A stretch of DNA of 26,004 nt from a virus. Its lineage: Duplodnaviria; Caudoviricetes. Shown here in pieces: positions 18,801 through 25,774 of the stretch. Every line of letters starts with the position of its first letter. The first letter of the stretch is position 1. The stretch lies in the IMG/VR virus record IMGVR_UViG_3300017903_001713, positions 1 to 26,004 of that record. The stretch is one strand, 5' to 3'. The notes under the pieces are model-generated. The model worked only from the letters and a program-made list of their open reading frames with translations. It was not told where the DNA came from and searched no databases. The position numbers and the translations under genes were made by a program.

Positions 18801-19721
18801 CGTGGTGATATCGGTTTCCCCGCAGGAACTACTGTTGTGTCGAAAACATCACAGACAATAACTATGTCTGACAATAACACAGAATCATCTGCTCGTACTA
18901 CTGGTGATTATTACTTTGCAACCCCTACTGTGTGGGAAGACTTTACTGTGTCTACTAATCCACCTTACGGTGAGTTCTCACATACCACTAATACCAGTAC
19001 AACGTTCGATGTTGACATTGCAGACACAGATGATTTGGAAGACGGACTTGAAGTAGACTACACCATGACGGTGAACAGTTCGAACATTGGCCCAGCAGTG
19101 AAGACAAATGTTTTCACAATAAATGATCCCGATGTAGATGACACACCGAATGTACAGAGAGGATCTCTTACTGATCCAGATTCTTACACTTGTATTGGTA
19201 GTGGAAATGATCTGGACACCGCAGCGCCTGAGGACATGCCAACGTGTTCACTCGTTCTTCTAAACACTGGTGCGATAGAAGTCACTCTAGATAATGATGA
19301 TCAAGGAGATCAAACACTAGCTAAAGGTAATTGGATAGACGATACAGATCCAGCAAACTTTACAGCCAGTGATTATGAGTGCATTGCAACCTTTGTGGAA
19401 GGTTCTAACAACAACTCTCAATATCCTGGCGACTTTGGTGTGGCAGAAAATCTAGGATCAAGTCGGGCATGGCAGGTTAAACCACCCAATCCAGCAGATG
19501 ATCAAATTGAAATTGCTTTCGTTGGGTTTGATCTTCTCATACGTCATGTCGATACTGTTAATCGTCCAAGTAATGCAATTACTACACGCATAAATCTGAC
19601 TGCGAATGCAACTGACTTCTCAACTGGTAGTTTACCAGGCGGTGGTGACCCCATTGGCCCGGGCGGTGACCCAGGCCAAGATCCAAACTTGAATCCTGAA
19701 ATTTCGAACAATCCCAGCTAA
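15900..19721 (+). CDS. Baseplate wedge gp7-like N-terminal domain fused to a long array of Calx-beta/Ig-like domains
   Basis: 'LPEHF...YPKFI.LL..YYEF', 'FRSKGT..AIEWFFRSFYG' and 'YQTFAY...W...FKLFVHPAGM' resemble the gp7 core. Repeated 'EGDT(V/I)TFT', 'EGTE(S/T)F' and 'ITIND' motifs follow. Confidence 0.7.
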   Translation: MHNNFLDKRRRHLRLQPDQVDLALPEHFAASYPKFINLLSFYYEFQGEQKATELLHHLFASRDITETDITLLSYIEDELLLGDAYFESFATGDAEKRAAANFSNTLFRSKGTKFAIEWFFRSFYGIDAEIIETNQRIFELGKPESSIGPDSVHFLTDDKLYQTFAYLVRSSIPITEWEELFKLFVHPAGMYLGGELLIEDVVQARLASEAFDSSVSSRLSPTYTLVTQPFSTDSEGTRFDFSLQATNLPNNQGQYKYFINNLTTSEDDFAFGADSTFPDSANKQTFLLSPNMSETAAVGIVTIPTLHDSDETEGTESFQVFFEDEEGREVINQTIILNDIVSVFSISDDTVGNEIDEGDTVTFTVTAEAGTVPNNGSTTLEYQVFPISADSVDFASTAFPSTGTRIPFNIRDDSGSFTVSTVVDGTSGGGDDNETFNVKIYTLSGIEKATSDTITINDLNPQDEYSLTPATVTITEGDDIEVTLATPESMIGRDVTYTITGTDSRVPNKAGTLTVTSASETFTLSTTSSSDVYQGATSETITLTSSTSGFFSPELTDTVALTINDADETFDDIVVDLAGQTEGDTITFTITGTNLQDGNRAKYYIDHGDTTNADFSVAPPTTVGTAAAISFTSNSGTVSLTFAENGDENNEDFEIVILDNDDVEVLRTSYTIIGVPGPGDPPAPEYTLTPRSTSVNENGSVTVDFEVVNDDDGSYYYYVSGSGITSDDFSSGYAPSSSRQEITVTSGISTIDFTLAEDQDREGTETFRVFVSKTSTSGVIAQSSEISITDTSTQAYTVSLSDVTEGSTLNCAVIGNLANASAETIYVTFSGAGVTDRITTLQPAAQSVGANQSIIFSSTTTVDAAVNGDQTITATARIGSYSGTIVGTDTSTMSDAAASFTLTNNGPKDEGQTVTFTFGGTNVPTGTYYYWLNDIQPVQQNPLSSTAAGSAIISVVNSTGVNVGDEVRGDIGFPAGTTVVSKTSQTITMSDNNTESSARTTGDYYFATPTVWEDFTVSTNPPYGEFSHTTNTSTTFDVDIADTDDLEDGLEVDYTMTVNSSNIGPAVKTNVFTINDPDVDDTPNVQRGSLTDPDSYTCIGSGNDLDTAAPEDMPTCSLVLLNTGAIEVTLDNDDQGDQTLAKGNWIDDTDPANFTASDYECIATFVEGSNNNSQYPGDFGVAENLGSSRAWQVKPPNPADDQIEIAFVGFDLLIRHVDTVNRPSNAITTRINLTANATDFSTGSLPGGGDPIGPGGDPGQDPNLNPEISNNPS

Positions 19722-19734
19722 TGAAAACTAAAGT

Positions 19735-20091
19735 ATGAGTGAAAACAAGAACATAAAAGAAGACTATGAAACGTCTCGCGATACTTATCTCGAATTGATG
19801 GAGACGGGTAAACGTGGTCTTGATCTCATGGTTGAGGTTGCACGAGAGTCTGAACATCCTCGTGCGTTTGAGGTATTGTCCGGTATGATCAAGAATGTGG
19901 CCGAAGTCACAGACAAACTAATGGACTTGAACAAAAAGAACAAGGACATTACTACCGAACCAAAACAAGAAGAACAAAAGGCAATCACTAATAATAATGT
20001 GTTTATAGGTAGTACTACTGATCTGCAAAGAATGTTGCAGAACCATGAAGAGAAGGTGATTGATGTTAGCTCAACGGATGACCAACGATAG
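19735..20091 (+). CDS. gp16: Terminase small subunit (T4 gp16-like)
   Basis: 'DYETSR...ESEHPRAFEVL...NNNVFIGSTTDLQRML'; directly upstream of and overlapping the large subunit. Confidence 0.92.
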   Translation: MSENKNIKEDYETSRDTYLELMETGKRGLDLMVEVARESEHPRAFEVLSGMIKNVAEVTDKLMDLNKKNKDITTEPKQEEQKAITNNNVFIGSTTDLQRMLQNHEEKVIDVSSTDDQR

Positions 20092-21682
20092 TTATCTTGG
20101 CAACGTAAATGTAAAGCGTGATGGGGTACAACAGCAGTGGACTGAGGATCAGGTTGTTGAATACGCTAAATGTATGCGAGATCCTGCCTATTTTGCGCGG
20201 ACTTATGTTAAGATTATATCACTCGATAAGGGACTTGTCAACTTCGATCTTTATCCGTATCAGGAAAAGATGTTCGATCATTTTAATGACAATCGCTTCT
20301 CGATCGTACTCGCCTGTAGACAGAGTGGTAAGAGTATTTCGTCCGTTGTTTATCTTCTATGGTACGCTATATTTCACCCTGAAAAGACTATCGCCGTCCT
20401 CGCTAACAAGGGGGCTACAGCGCGTGAAATGCTCGCCAGAGTCACCTTGGCACTTGAGAATCTACCTTTTTTTCTACAACCTGGCTGTCGAGCACTCAAC
20501 AAGGGGTCTATTGAGTTTAGTAATAATAGTCGCATTATTGCTGCTGCCACTAGTGGTTCTTCTATACGGGGTATGTCTGTTAACCTGCTTTTTCTTGACG
20601 AGTTTGCTTTTGTTGAGCGAGCAGCTGAGTTCTATACTTCAACTTATCCCGTTATCTCAGCGGGTAAAGATACGAAAGTTATTATCACTTCCACGGCGAA
20701 TGGTATTGGAAATTCGTTCCATAAAATCTGGGAAGGGGCGGTACAACAGACAAACGAATATAAAGCGTTTACGGTAAACTGGTGGGACGTTCCGGGCCGT
20801 GATGAGAAATGGAAAGAAGAAACCATATCGAACACGTCACAAATGCAGTTCGATCAGGAATTCGGTAACACATTCTTTGGTACCGGAGACACACTGATCA
20901 ATGCAGAGACACTTCTCAATCTTCGTGCCAATCCACCTAAAAAATTATTAGAAGGCGGAGACCTCAAGGTCTACGATGAAACGCAACCTAAACACGATTA
21001 CATAATAACTGTCGATGTAGCGAAGGGTCGAGGGTTGGACTATAGCACCTTTTCGGTAATTGATGTAACTACACGACCGTTTAAACAGGTCGCAGTGTAT
21101 CGAAACAATCGTATCTCTCCAATACTCTTCCCTGATATTATATATAAAATTGCGAAAGCCTACAACGATGCCTATGTCATTGTTGAGTCAAATGATGCTG
21201 GACAAGTGGTGTGCAATGGGTTATACTACGAACTAGAGTATGACAACATCCACCTAGAGTCTGCGATCAAGAAGAATGCGATTGGTATTGAGATGAATCG
21301 CAAGGTCAAGCGTCTTGGTTGTTCGGGTATTAAGGATCTACTCGAAGAGAATAAACTCGACATCGTCGATGAGAATACCATCCTAGAAATCTCCACCTTT
21401 GTATCCAAGGGTCAATCCTATGAGGCCAGTGATGGGAACCATGATGACCTCATGATGAATCTGGTCATGTTCGGTTACTTCATATCAACACAGACCTTTA
21501 CGGACATGACAGACATCAATCTCAAACAGATGATCTTTGAGAAACAACAAAGAGAGATCGAGGATGCGATCGTGCCGTTTGGATTTATTGACGATGGTAG
21601 TGATGCAATCCGACACATTGAGGAACAAGAGTCGTTCAAGACCCCTGAATGGGCCATCCCGTGGGACGTTGAAACCTATTAA
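20063..21682 (+). CDS. gp17: Terminase large subunit (T4 gp17-like)
   Basis: Walker A 'CRQSGKS', Walker B 'LLFLDEFAF', coupling motif 'STANG', nuclease motifs 'VDVAKG' and 'HDDLMM'. Start placed at ATG 20063 after AAGGTG; the ORF track uses TTG 20060, and ATG 20078 is also possible. Confidence 0.97.
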   Translation: MLAQRMTNDSYLGNVNVKRDGVQQQWTEDQVVEYAKCMRDPAYFARTYVKIISLDKGLVNFDLYPYQEKMFDHFNDNRFSIVLACRQSGKSISSVVYLLWYAIFHPEKTIAVLANKGATAREMLARVTLALENLPFFLQPGCRALNKGSIEFSNNSRIIAAATSGSSIRGMSVNLLFLDEFAFVERAAEFYTSTYPVISAGKDTKVIITSTANGIGNSFHKIWEGAVQQTNEYKAFTVNWWDVPGRDEKWKEETISNTSQMQFDQEFGNTFFGTGDTLINAETLLNLRANPPKKLLEGGDLKVYDETQPKHDYIITVDVAKGRGLDYSTFSVIDVTTRPFKQVAVYRNNRISPILFPDIIYKIAKAYNDAYVIVESNDAGQVVCNGLYYELEYDNIHLESAIKKNAIGIEMNRKVKRLGCSGIKDLLEENKLDIVDENTILEISTFVSKGQSYEASDGNHDDLMMNLVMFGYFISTQTFTDMTDINLKQMIFEKQQREIEDAIVPFGFIDDGSDAIRHIEEQESFKTPEWAIPWDVETY

Positions 21683-21684
21683 AT

Positions 21685-21692
21685 GATAAATA
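21685..21692 (+). promoter_or_regulatory. T4-type late promoter variant (GATAAATA)
   Basis: 7/8 match in the gp17-gp18 gap; AAAGGA ribosome-binding site before 21757. Confidence 0.65.
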
Positions 21693-21756
21693 ATCGTATT
21701 GATTAACTTTCCGTATAATGTAACTTATCATAACTCAACGATAAAAGGATACGATT

Positions 21757-23490
21757 ATGGCTCTATTACAGTCTGCATCGCCTAACGTTGCCATTAAAGA
21801 GGTGGATCTGTCGGGCATTGTACCAGCAGTAACTACAACTACTGGTGCGTTTGTCGGCGATTTCGCGTGGGGCCCCGTTCAACAACCAATCTTTGTAGGA
21901 TCAGAAGCAGAGTTGGTTGCTAATTTCGGAGACCCAACGTTCTCAAACGATAGTTCAGCAATTGAGTTCCTTTCTGCTAACCAATTCCTCAAGTACTCAA
22001 GCAATATGTTTGTTGTTCGTGAAGCTACTACTGCTGCGAAGAACGCTGTTGACAGTGGTACGTCTCTTCTCATCAAGAATCGTGATGATTTTGATGCAGG
22101 TAAGACAATCACTGGCGGTGGTAACTTTGCTGCTAAGTATGCGGGAAGTGCAGGAAACTCTCTCAAAATTTCAATCGCAGGTAACGGCCTCGGCTGGGAT
22201 GGATGGACGTATGCATCTTCATTTGATGCAGAGCCAGGAACATCATCATATGTTTCTGCACGATCACCCGACAGCGCTGTTGCAAATGACGAAGTACACG
22301 TCGCAATCATTGACGAAGATGGTACTTTCTCAGGAGCTCCTAACACAGTTCTTGAAACATTTGCAAACGTTTCTCTTGCGACTGACGCAAAAACCTCAGA
22401 CGGAACAACGAACTACCTTCTCGATGTATTGAATGATCGTTCGTCATATGTCTGGGGTGTAAGTCACCCAGCATTCTATGGAACTGCTGGTGCAGCTTCT
22501 GTGTTCGATAGTGACAACCGAGCAGCAACTGGATTAGATTCTGCTGGAGATGATTTCACTCAATCATTCACTGGTGGTGCAAACTCTGGTTCTCTTGCTC
22601 AGGCTCAGTACGAAACAGGTTTCAATCTGTTCGAAGATGAAAACACAATTCAGGTCGACTTCTTGATCGCACCTGGCCTTGCAGACGCAACTGCTCACAA
22701 GACTGTTGTAAACGATCTTGTTACAATTGCAGAAGGACGTAAGGATTGTGTAGTAGTCACTTCACCACATCGTGCAGCGGTTGTTAATGTAAATGACAAC
22801 ACCACGATCACAAATAACATCACAGCAAATGTTGACTTCACGCGATCTTCTTACTTGGTTGTTGACAATAACTACCTCAAGGTCTATGACAAGTACAATG
22901 ATAAGTATCAGTTTATTCCTGCTGCTTCATCAACTGCTGGTACCATGGCATCGACTGACAATGTCGCTGCACCTTGGTTCTCGCCTGCGGGTACACGACG
23001 CGGTCTCTACCGTGGTGTAACATCGCTTGCGTATAACCCAACCAAGTCACAACGTGATACCCTATATAAAGCAGGGGTTAACCCAATTGCGAACTTGCCA
23101 GGCCAAGGTATCGTTCTCTACGGAGACAAGACTTTCTTAGGTCGACCTTCAGCATTCGATCGAATTAACGTTCGTCGTTTGTTCTTGGTCATCGAAAGAG
23201 CTATCAAAGGTGCCGCACAAAACGTACTGTTTGAATTCAACGACGAATTCACCCGTGCAGAGTTTGTGAACATCGTAGAACCTTTCCTCAGAGAGATCCA
23301 AGGGCGTCGAGGTATTACTGACTTCCGTGTAGTTTGTGACGATACAAACAACACTGGTCAGATCATCGACACAAACTCATTCGTCGCGTCTATCTTTGTG
23401 AAGCCTGCACGTTCGATTAACTACGTAACATTGAACTTTGTTGCGGTACGAACTGGTGTAGACTTCGAAGAAGTAGTTGGCGCAGTATAA
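21757..23490 (+). CDS. gp18: Tail sheath protein (T4 gp18-like)
   Basis: 'SPNVAIKEVDLS', 'FAWGP', 'PWFSPAG..RG', 'SAFDRINVRRLF', 'FEFNDEFTR', 'KPARSINYVTLNFVA'. Confidence 0.97.
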   Translation: MALLQSASPNVAIKEVDLSGIVPAVTTTTGAFVGDFAWGPVQQPIFVGSEAELVANFGDPTFSNDSSAIEFLSANQFLKYSSNMFVVREATTAAKNAVDSGTSLLIKNRDDFDAGKTITGGGNFAAKYAGSAGNSLKISIAGNGLGWDGWTYASSFDAEPGTSSYVSARSPDSAVANDEVHVAIIDEDGTFSGAPNTVLETFANVSLATDAKTSDGTTNYLLDVLNDRSSYVWGVSHPAFYGTAGAASVFDSDNRAATGLDSAGDDFTQSFTGGANSGSLAQAQYETGFNLFEDENTIQVDFLIAPGLADATAHKTVVNDLVTIAEGRKDCVVVTSPHRAAVVNVNDNTTITNNITANVDFTRSSYLVVDNNYLKVYDKYNDKYQFIPAASSTAGTMASTDNVAAPWFSPAGTRRGLYRGVTSLAYNPTKSQRDTLYKAGVNPIANLPGQGIVLYGDKTFLGRPSAFDRINVRRLFLVIERAIKGAAQNVLFEFNDEFTRAEFVNIVEPFLREIQGRRGITDFRVVCDDTNNTGQIIDTNSFVASIFVKPARSINYVTLNFVAVRTGVDFEEVVGAV

Positions 23491-23501
23491 GGAGAAGATA
23501 A

Positions 23502-24029
23502 ATGGCAATTCTAGGCGTAGATGACTTTAAGTCAAAACTCCGTGGTGGGGGCGCTCGTGCGAATCTATTTCGTTGCACAATTAACTTCCCCGGCTACGCA
23601 GGCGGTGACGCAGAACTGACATCATTCTTGTGTAAGACTGCACAGTTGCCACAATCACAGGTAGGTTCATTCATCGTGAACTTCCGTGGTCGTGAACTCA
23701 AGATGGCGTCAGAGCGTACATTTGAACCTTGGACAGTAACCATCCTGAACGACACAGATTTTGCAATCCGTGACGCAATGGAGCGTTGGTCAAATGGTAT
23801 CAATGGTCACTCATCAAACACTGGTTTGGTGAACCCTGTTGACTATCAGACTGACTTGATTGTTGAACAACTTGATCGTGATGAGTCCGTGATCAAGCGT
23901 GTTGACATTCGTGGTGCTTTCCCTGAGACAGTAGGCCCAATCGCACTGAGTTATGATACTCGTGGTGAGATTGAGACATTCGACGTAACCTTTGCTTACC
24001 AATATTGGGAATCAAATACAACGTCTTAA
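23502..24029 (+). CDS. gp19: Tail tube protein (T4 gp19-like)
   Basis: 'FKSKLRGGGARANLF', 'FRGRELK', 'RTFEPWTVTILNDTDF.IR.A.E.W', 'F.VTFAYQYWE'; AAGGAG ribosome-binding site. Confidence 0.96.
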   Translation: MAILGVDDFKSKLRGGGARANLFRCTINFPGYAGGDAELTSFLCKTAQLPQSQVGSFIVNFRGRELKMASERTFEPWTVTILNDTDFAIRDAMERWSNGINGHSSNTGLVNPVDYQTDLIVEQLDRDESVIKRVDIRGAFPETVGPIALSYDTRGEIETFDVTFAYQYWESNTTS

Positions 24030-24035
24030 AACGTC

Positions 24036-24043
24036 TCTAAATA
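24036..24043 (+). promoter_or_regulatory. Possible late promoter variant (TCTAAATA) for the portal gene
   Basis: 7/8 match to TATAAATA in the gp19-gp20 gap, immediately 5' of the terminator hairpin. Confidence 0.55.
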
Positions 24044-24045
24044 CA

Positions 24046-24075
24046 GGGGAGACTTCGGTCTCCCCAGTTTTTTTT
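24046..24075 (+). terminator. Rho-independent terminator with a C(UUCG)G tetraloop
   Basis: GGGGAGAC-TTCG-GTCTCCCC perfect 8-bp stem (24046-24065) followed by AG and eight T residues. Confidence 0.92.
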
Positions 24076-24091
24076 ATTTTAGGAAAGGTAG

Positions 24092-25774
24092 ATGGCGGAA
24101 GAAAACGGTAGCGTACTAAAGTTATTTGGATTTGAAATCAAACGTGCTGGTAAATCTGAAACGGGCACACAGAAACTTGCATCTCCAGTAATACCCACAG
24201 ATCCAGACGGTGCTGGTTATACAACCACTGGCGCGGGATACTATGGTCAGTATATTAATCTAGGAGATGATCAGGCGAAAGATAACTCGCAGTTGATCAT
24301 GCGTTATCGTGGGGTTGCACATCACCCCGAAGTAGATATGGCGATCGAAGAGATCGTTAACGAAACAATTGTTGCATCCGAAACAGAATCATCGGTCGAA
24401 ATCGCTGTAGATGACATTGAAGCTCCCGATAAGATTAAGGATGTAATACGACAAGAATTCGAACAGATCGTTTCCATGTTGAAGTTCAATGACATTGGCC
24501 ACGATATTTTCCGTTCGTGGTACGTTGATGGACGATGTGTTCATCACCTACTCGTAAACGAATCAAACATCAAGGCGGGTATTCAAGAGATCCGTCACAT
24601 TGACTCTGCACGTATTCGCAAAGTCAAAGAAGTCAAGTACAAGAAAGATCCTAAGACCAACGTCAAGATTGTAGATAAGGTTGATGAGTACTACATCTAT
24701 GATGAGAAACCAGGCCAGTCTAACAGTTCAGTAAAGATTTCTACTGACGCAATCTCATATGTCACGTCTGGTGTACTTGACGAATCCAAGAAGAAAGTAT
24801 TATCACACCTACACAAGGCACTGAAGCCCATCAACCAGTTGCGTATGATGGAAGACTCCCTTGTGATCTATCGTCTTGCTCGTGCACCAGAACGACGTAT
24901 CTTCTACATTGATATTGGTAACCTTCCTCGTGGTAAGGCAGACCAATACATGAAAGATATCCAGTCCAAGTACCGTAACAAGATTGTGTACGATGCAAAT
25001 ACTGGCACACTCAAAGATGACCGTAAGCATATGTCTATGCTTGAAGACTTCTGGTTACCCCGTCGTGAAGGTGGCCGAGGTACAGAGATTTCAACACTGC
25101 CAGGCGGCGATAACCTTGGACAGATCGACGATATAATTTATTTTCAAAAGAGATTGTATCGTTCACTCAATGTTCCAGTGAATCGTCTTGAACAGGAGGC
25201 GCAGTTCTCGCTCGGTCGTTCTACTGAGATTTCACGAGATGAAGTGAAGTTTCAGAAGTTTGTAGACCGACTGCGCCGCCGTTTCTCTATGATGTTCTTG
25301 GGTATTCTGCGAAAGCAACTTGTACTCAAGGGCATCATTACCGAACAAGATTGGGATGAGTGGAAAGATAATATTTACATTGACTATCAGAAAGACAACC
25401 ACTTCACCGAACTCAAAGAGATGGAGATCTATCGTGAACGTGCAGGTCTTCTCAATGAGATGGCTGGTTTCGTTGGAGAGTACATCTCTAAAGAATGGGC
25501 GATGCGTAACATCATGCGTTTCTCCGATGATGATATGGAAGAGATACAGAAAGAAATCGATGGTGAGATCTCATCGGGTGAAGTGGAAGATCCGAATGCA
25601 GAACCCGAAGAAGAACAACCCAAGGAACAGAAACCTGTTCCCGTTCAGGTAGTGCCTGAGAAACCCAAAGAAGAAAAACCCGAACCTAAACAAGAACGTT
25701 ATATACCCTCTAATAATGATGAACTGACAGAAGAATTGACACGGTACATGGCGAAGTTAAATGAGCAAGATTGA
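24092..25774 (+). CDS. gp20: Portal vertex protein (T4 gp20-like)
   Basis: 'WYVDGR', 'LHKALKPINQLRMMEDSLVIYRLARAPERRIFYIDIGNLP', 'MLEDFWLPRREGGRGTEISTLPGG', 'EISRDEVKF.KF'. Confidence 0.97.
   Translation: MAEENGSVLKLFGFEIKRAGKSETGTQKLASPVIPTDPDGAGYTTTGAGYYGQYINLGDDQAKDNSQLIMRYRGVAHHPEVDMAIEEIVNETIVASETESSVEIAVDDIEAPDKIKDVIRQEFEQIVSMLKFNDIGHDIFRSWYVDGRCVHHLLVNESNIKAGIQEIRHIDSARIRKVKEVKYKKDPKTNVKIVDKVDEYYIYDEKPGQSNSSVKISTDAISYVTSGVLDESKKKVLSHLHKALKPINQLRMMEDSLVIYRLARAPERRIFYIDIGNLPRGKADQYMKDIQSKYRNKIVYDANTGTLKDDRKHMSMLEDFWLPRREGGRGTEISTLPGGDNLGQIDDIIYFQKRLYRSLNVPVNRLEQEAQFSLGRSTEISRDEVKFQKFVDRLRRRFSMMFLGILRKQLVLKGIITEQDWDEWKDNIYIDYQKDNHFTELKEMEIYRERAGLLNEMAGFVGEYISKEWAMRNIMRFSDDDMEEIQKEIDGEISSGEVEDPNAEPEEEQPKEQKPVPVQVVPEKPKEEKPEPKQERYIPSNNDELTEELTRYMAKLNEQD

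Noticed and set aside
20118-20777. 219-aa alternative-frame ORF inside gp17
   Set aside because: It lies wholly within the conserved terminase ATPase, has Leu/Ser/Arg-rich shadow composition, and is explained by local T-ending codon usage.
21699-21719. Sigma70-like TTGATT...TATAAT upstream of gp18
   Set aside because: The spacing is only 9 nt, and the GATAAATA late box explains the region better.
20063-25774. Introns, inteins or homing endonucleases in terminase, sheath or portal
   Set aside because: The ORFs are continuous and of ordinary length, with no intein or endonuclease motifs seen.
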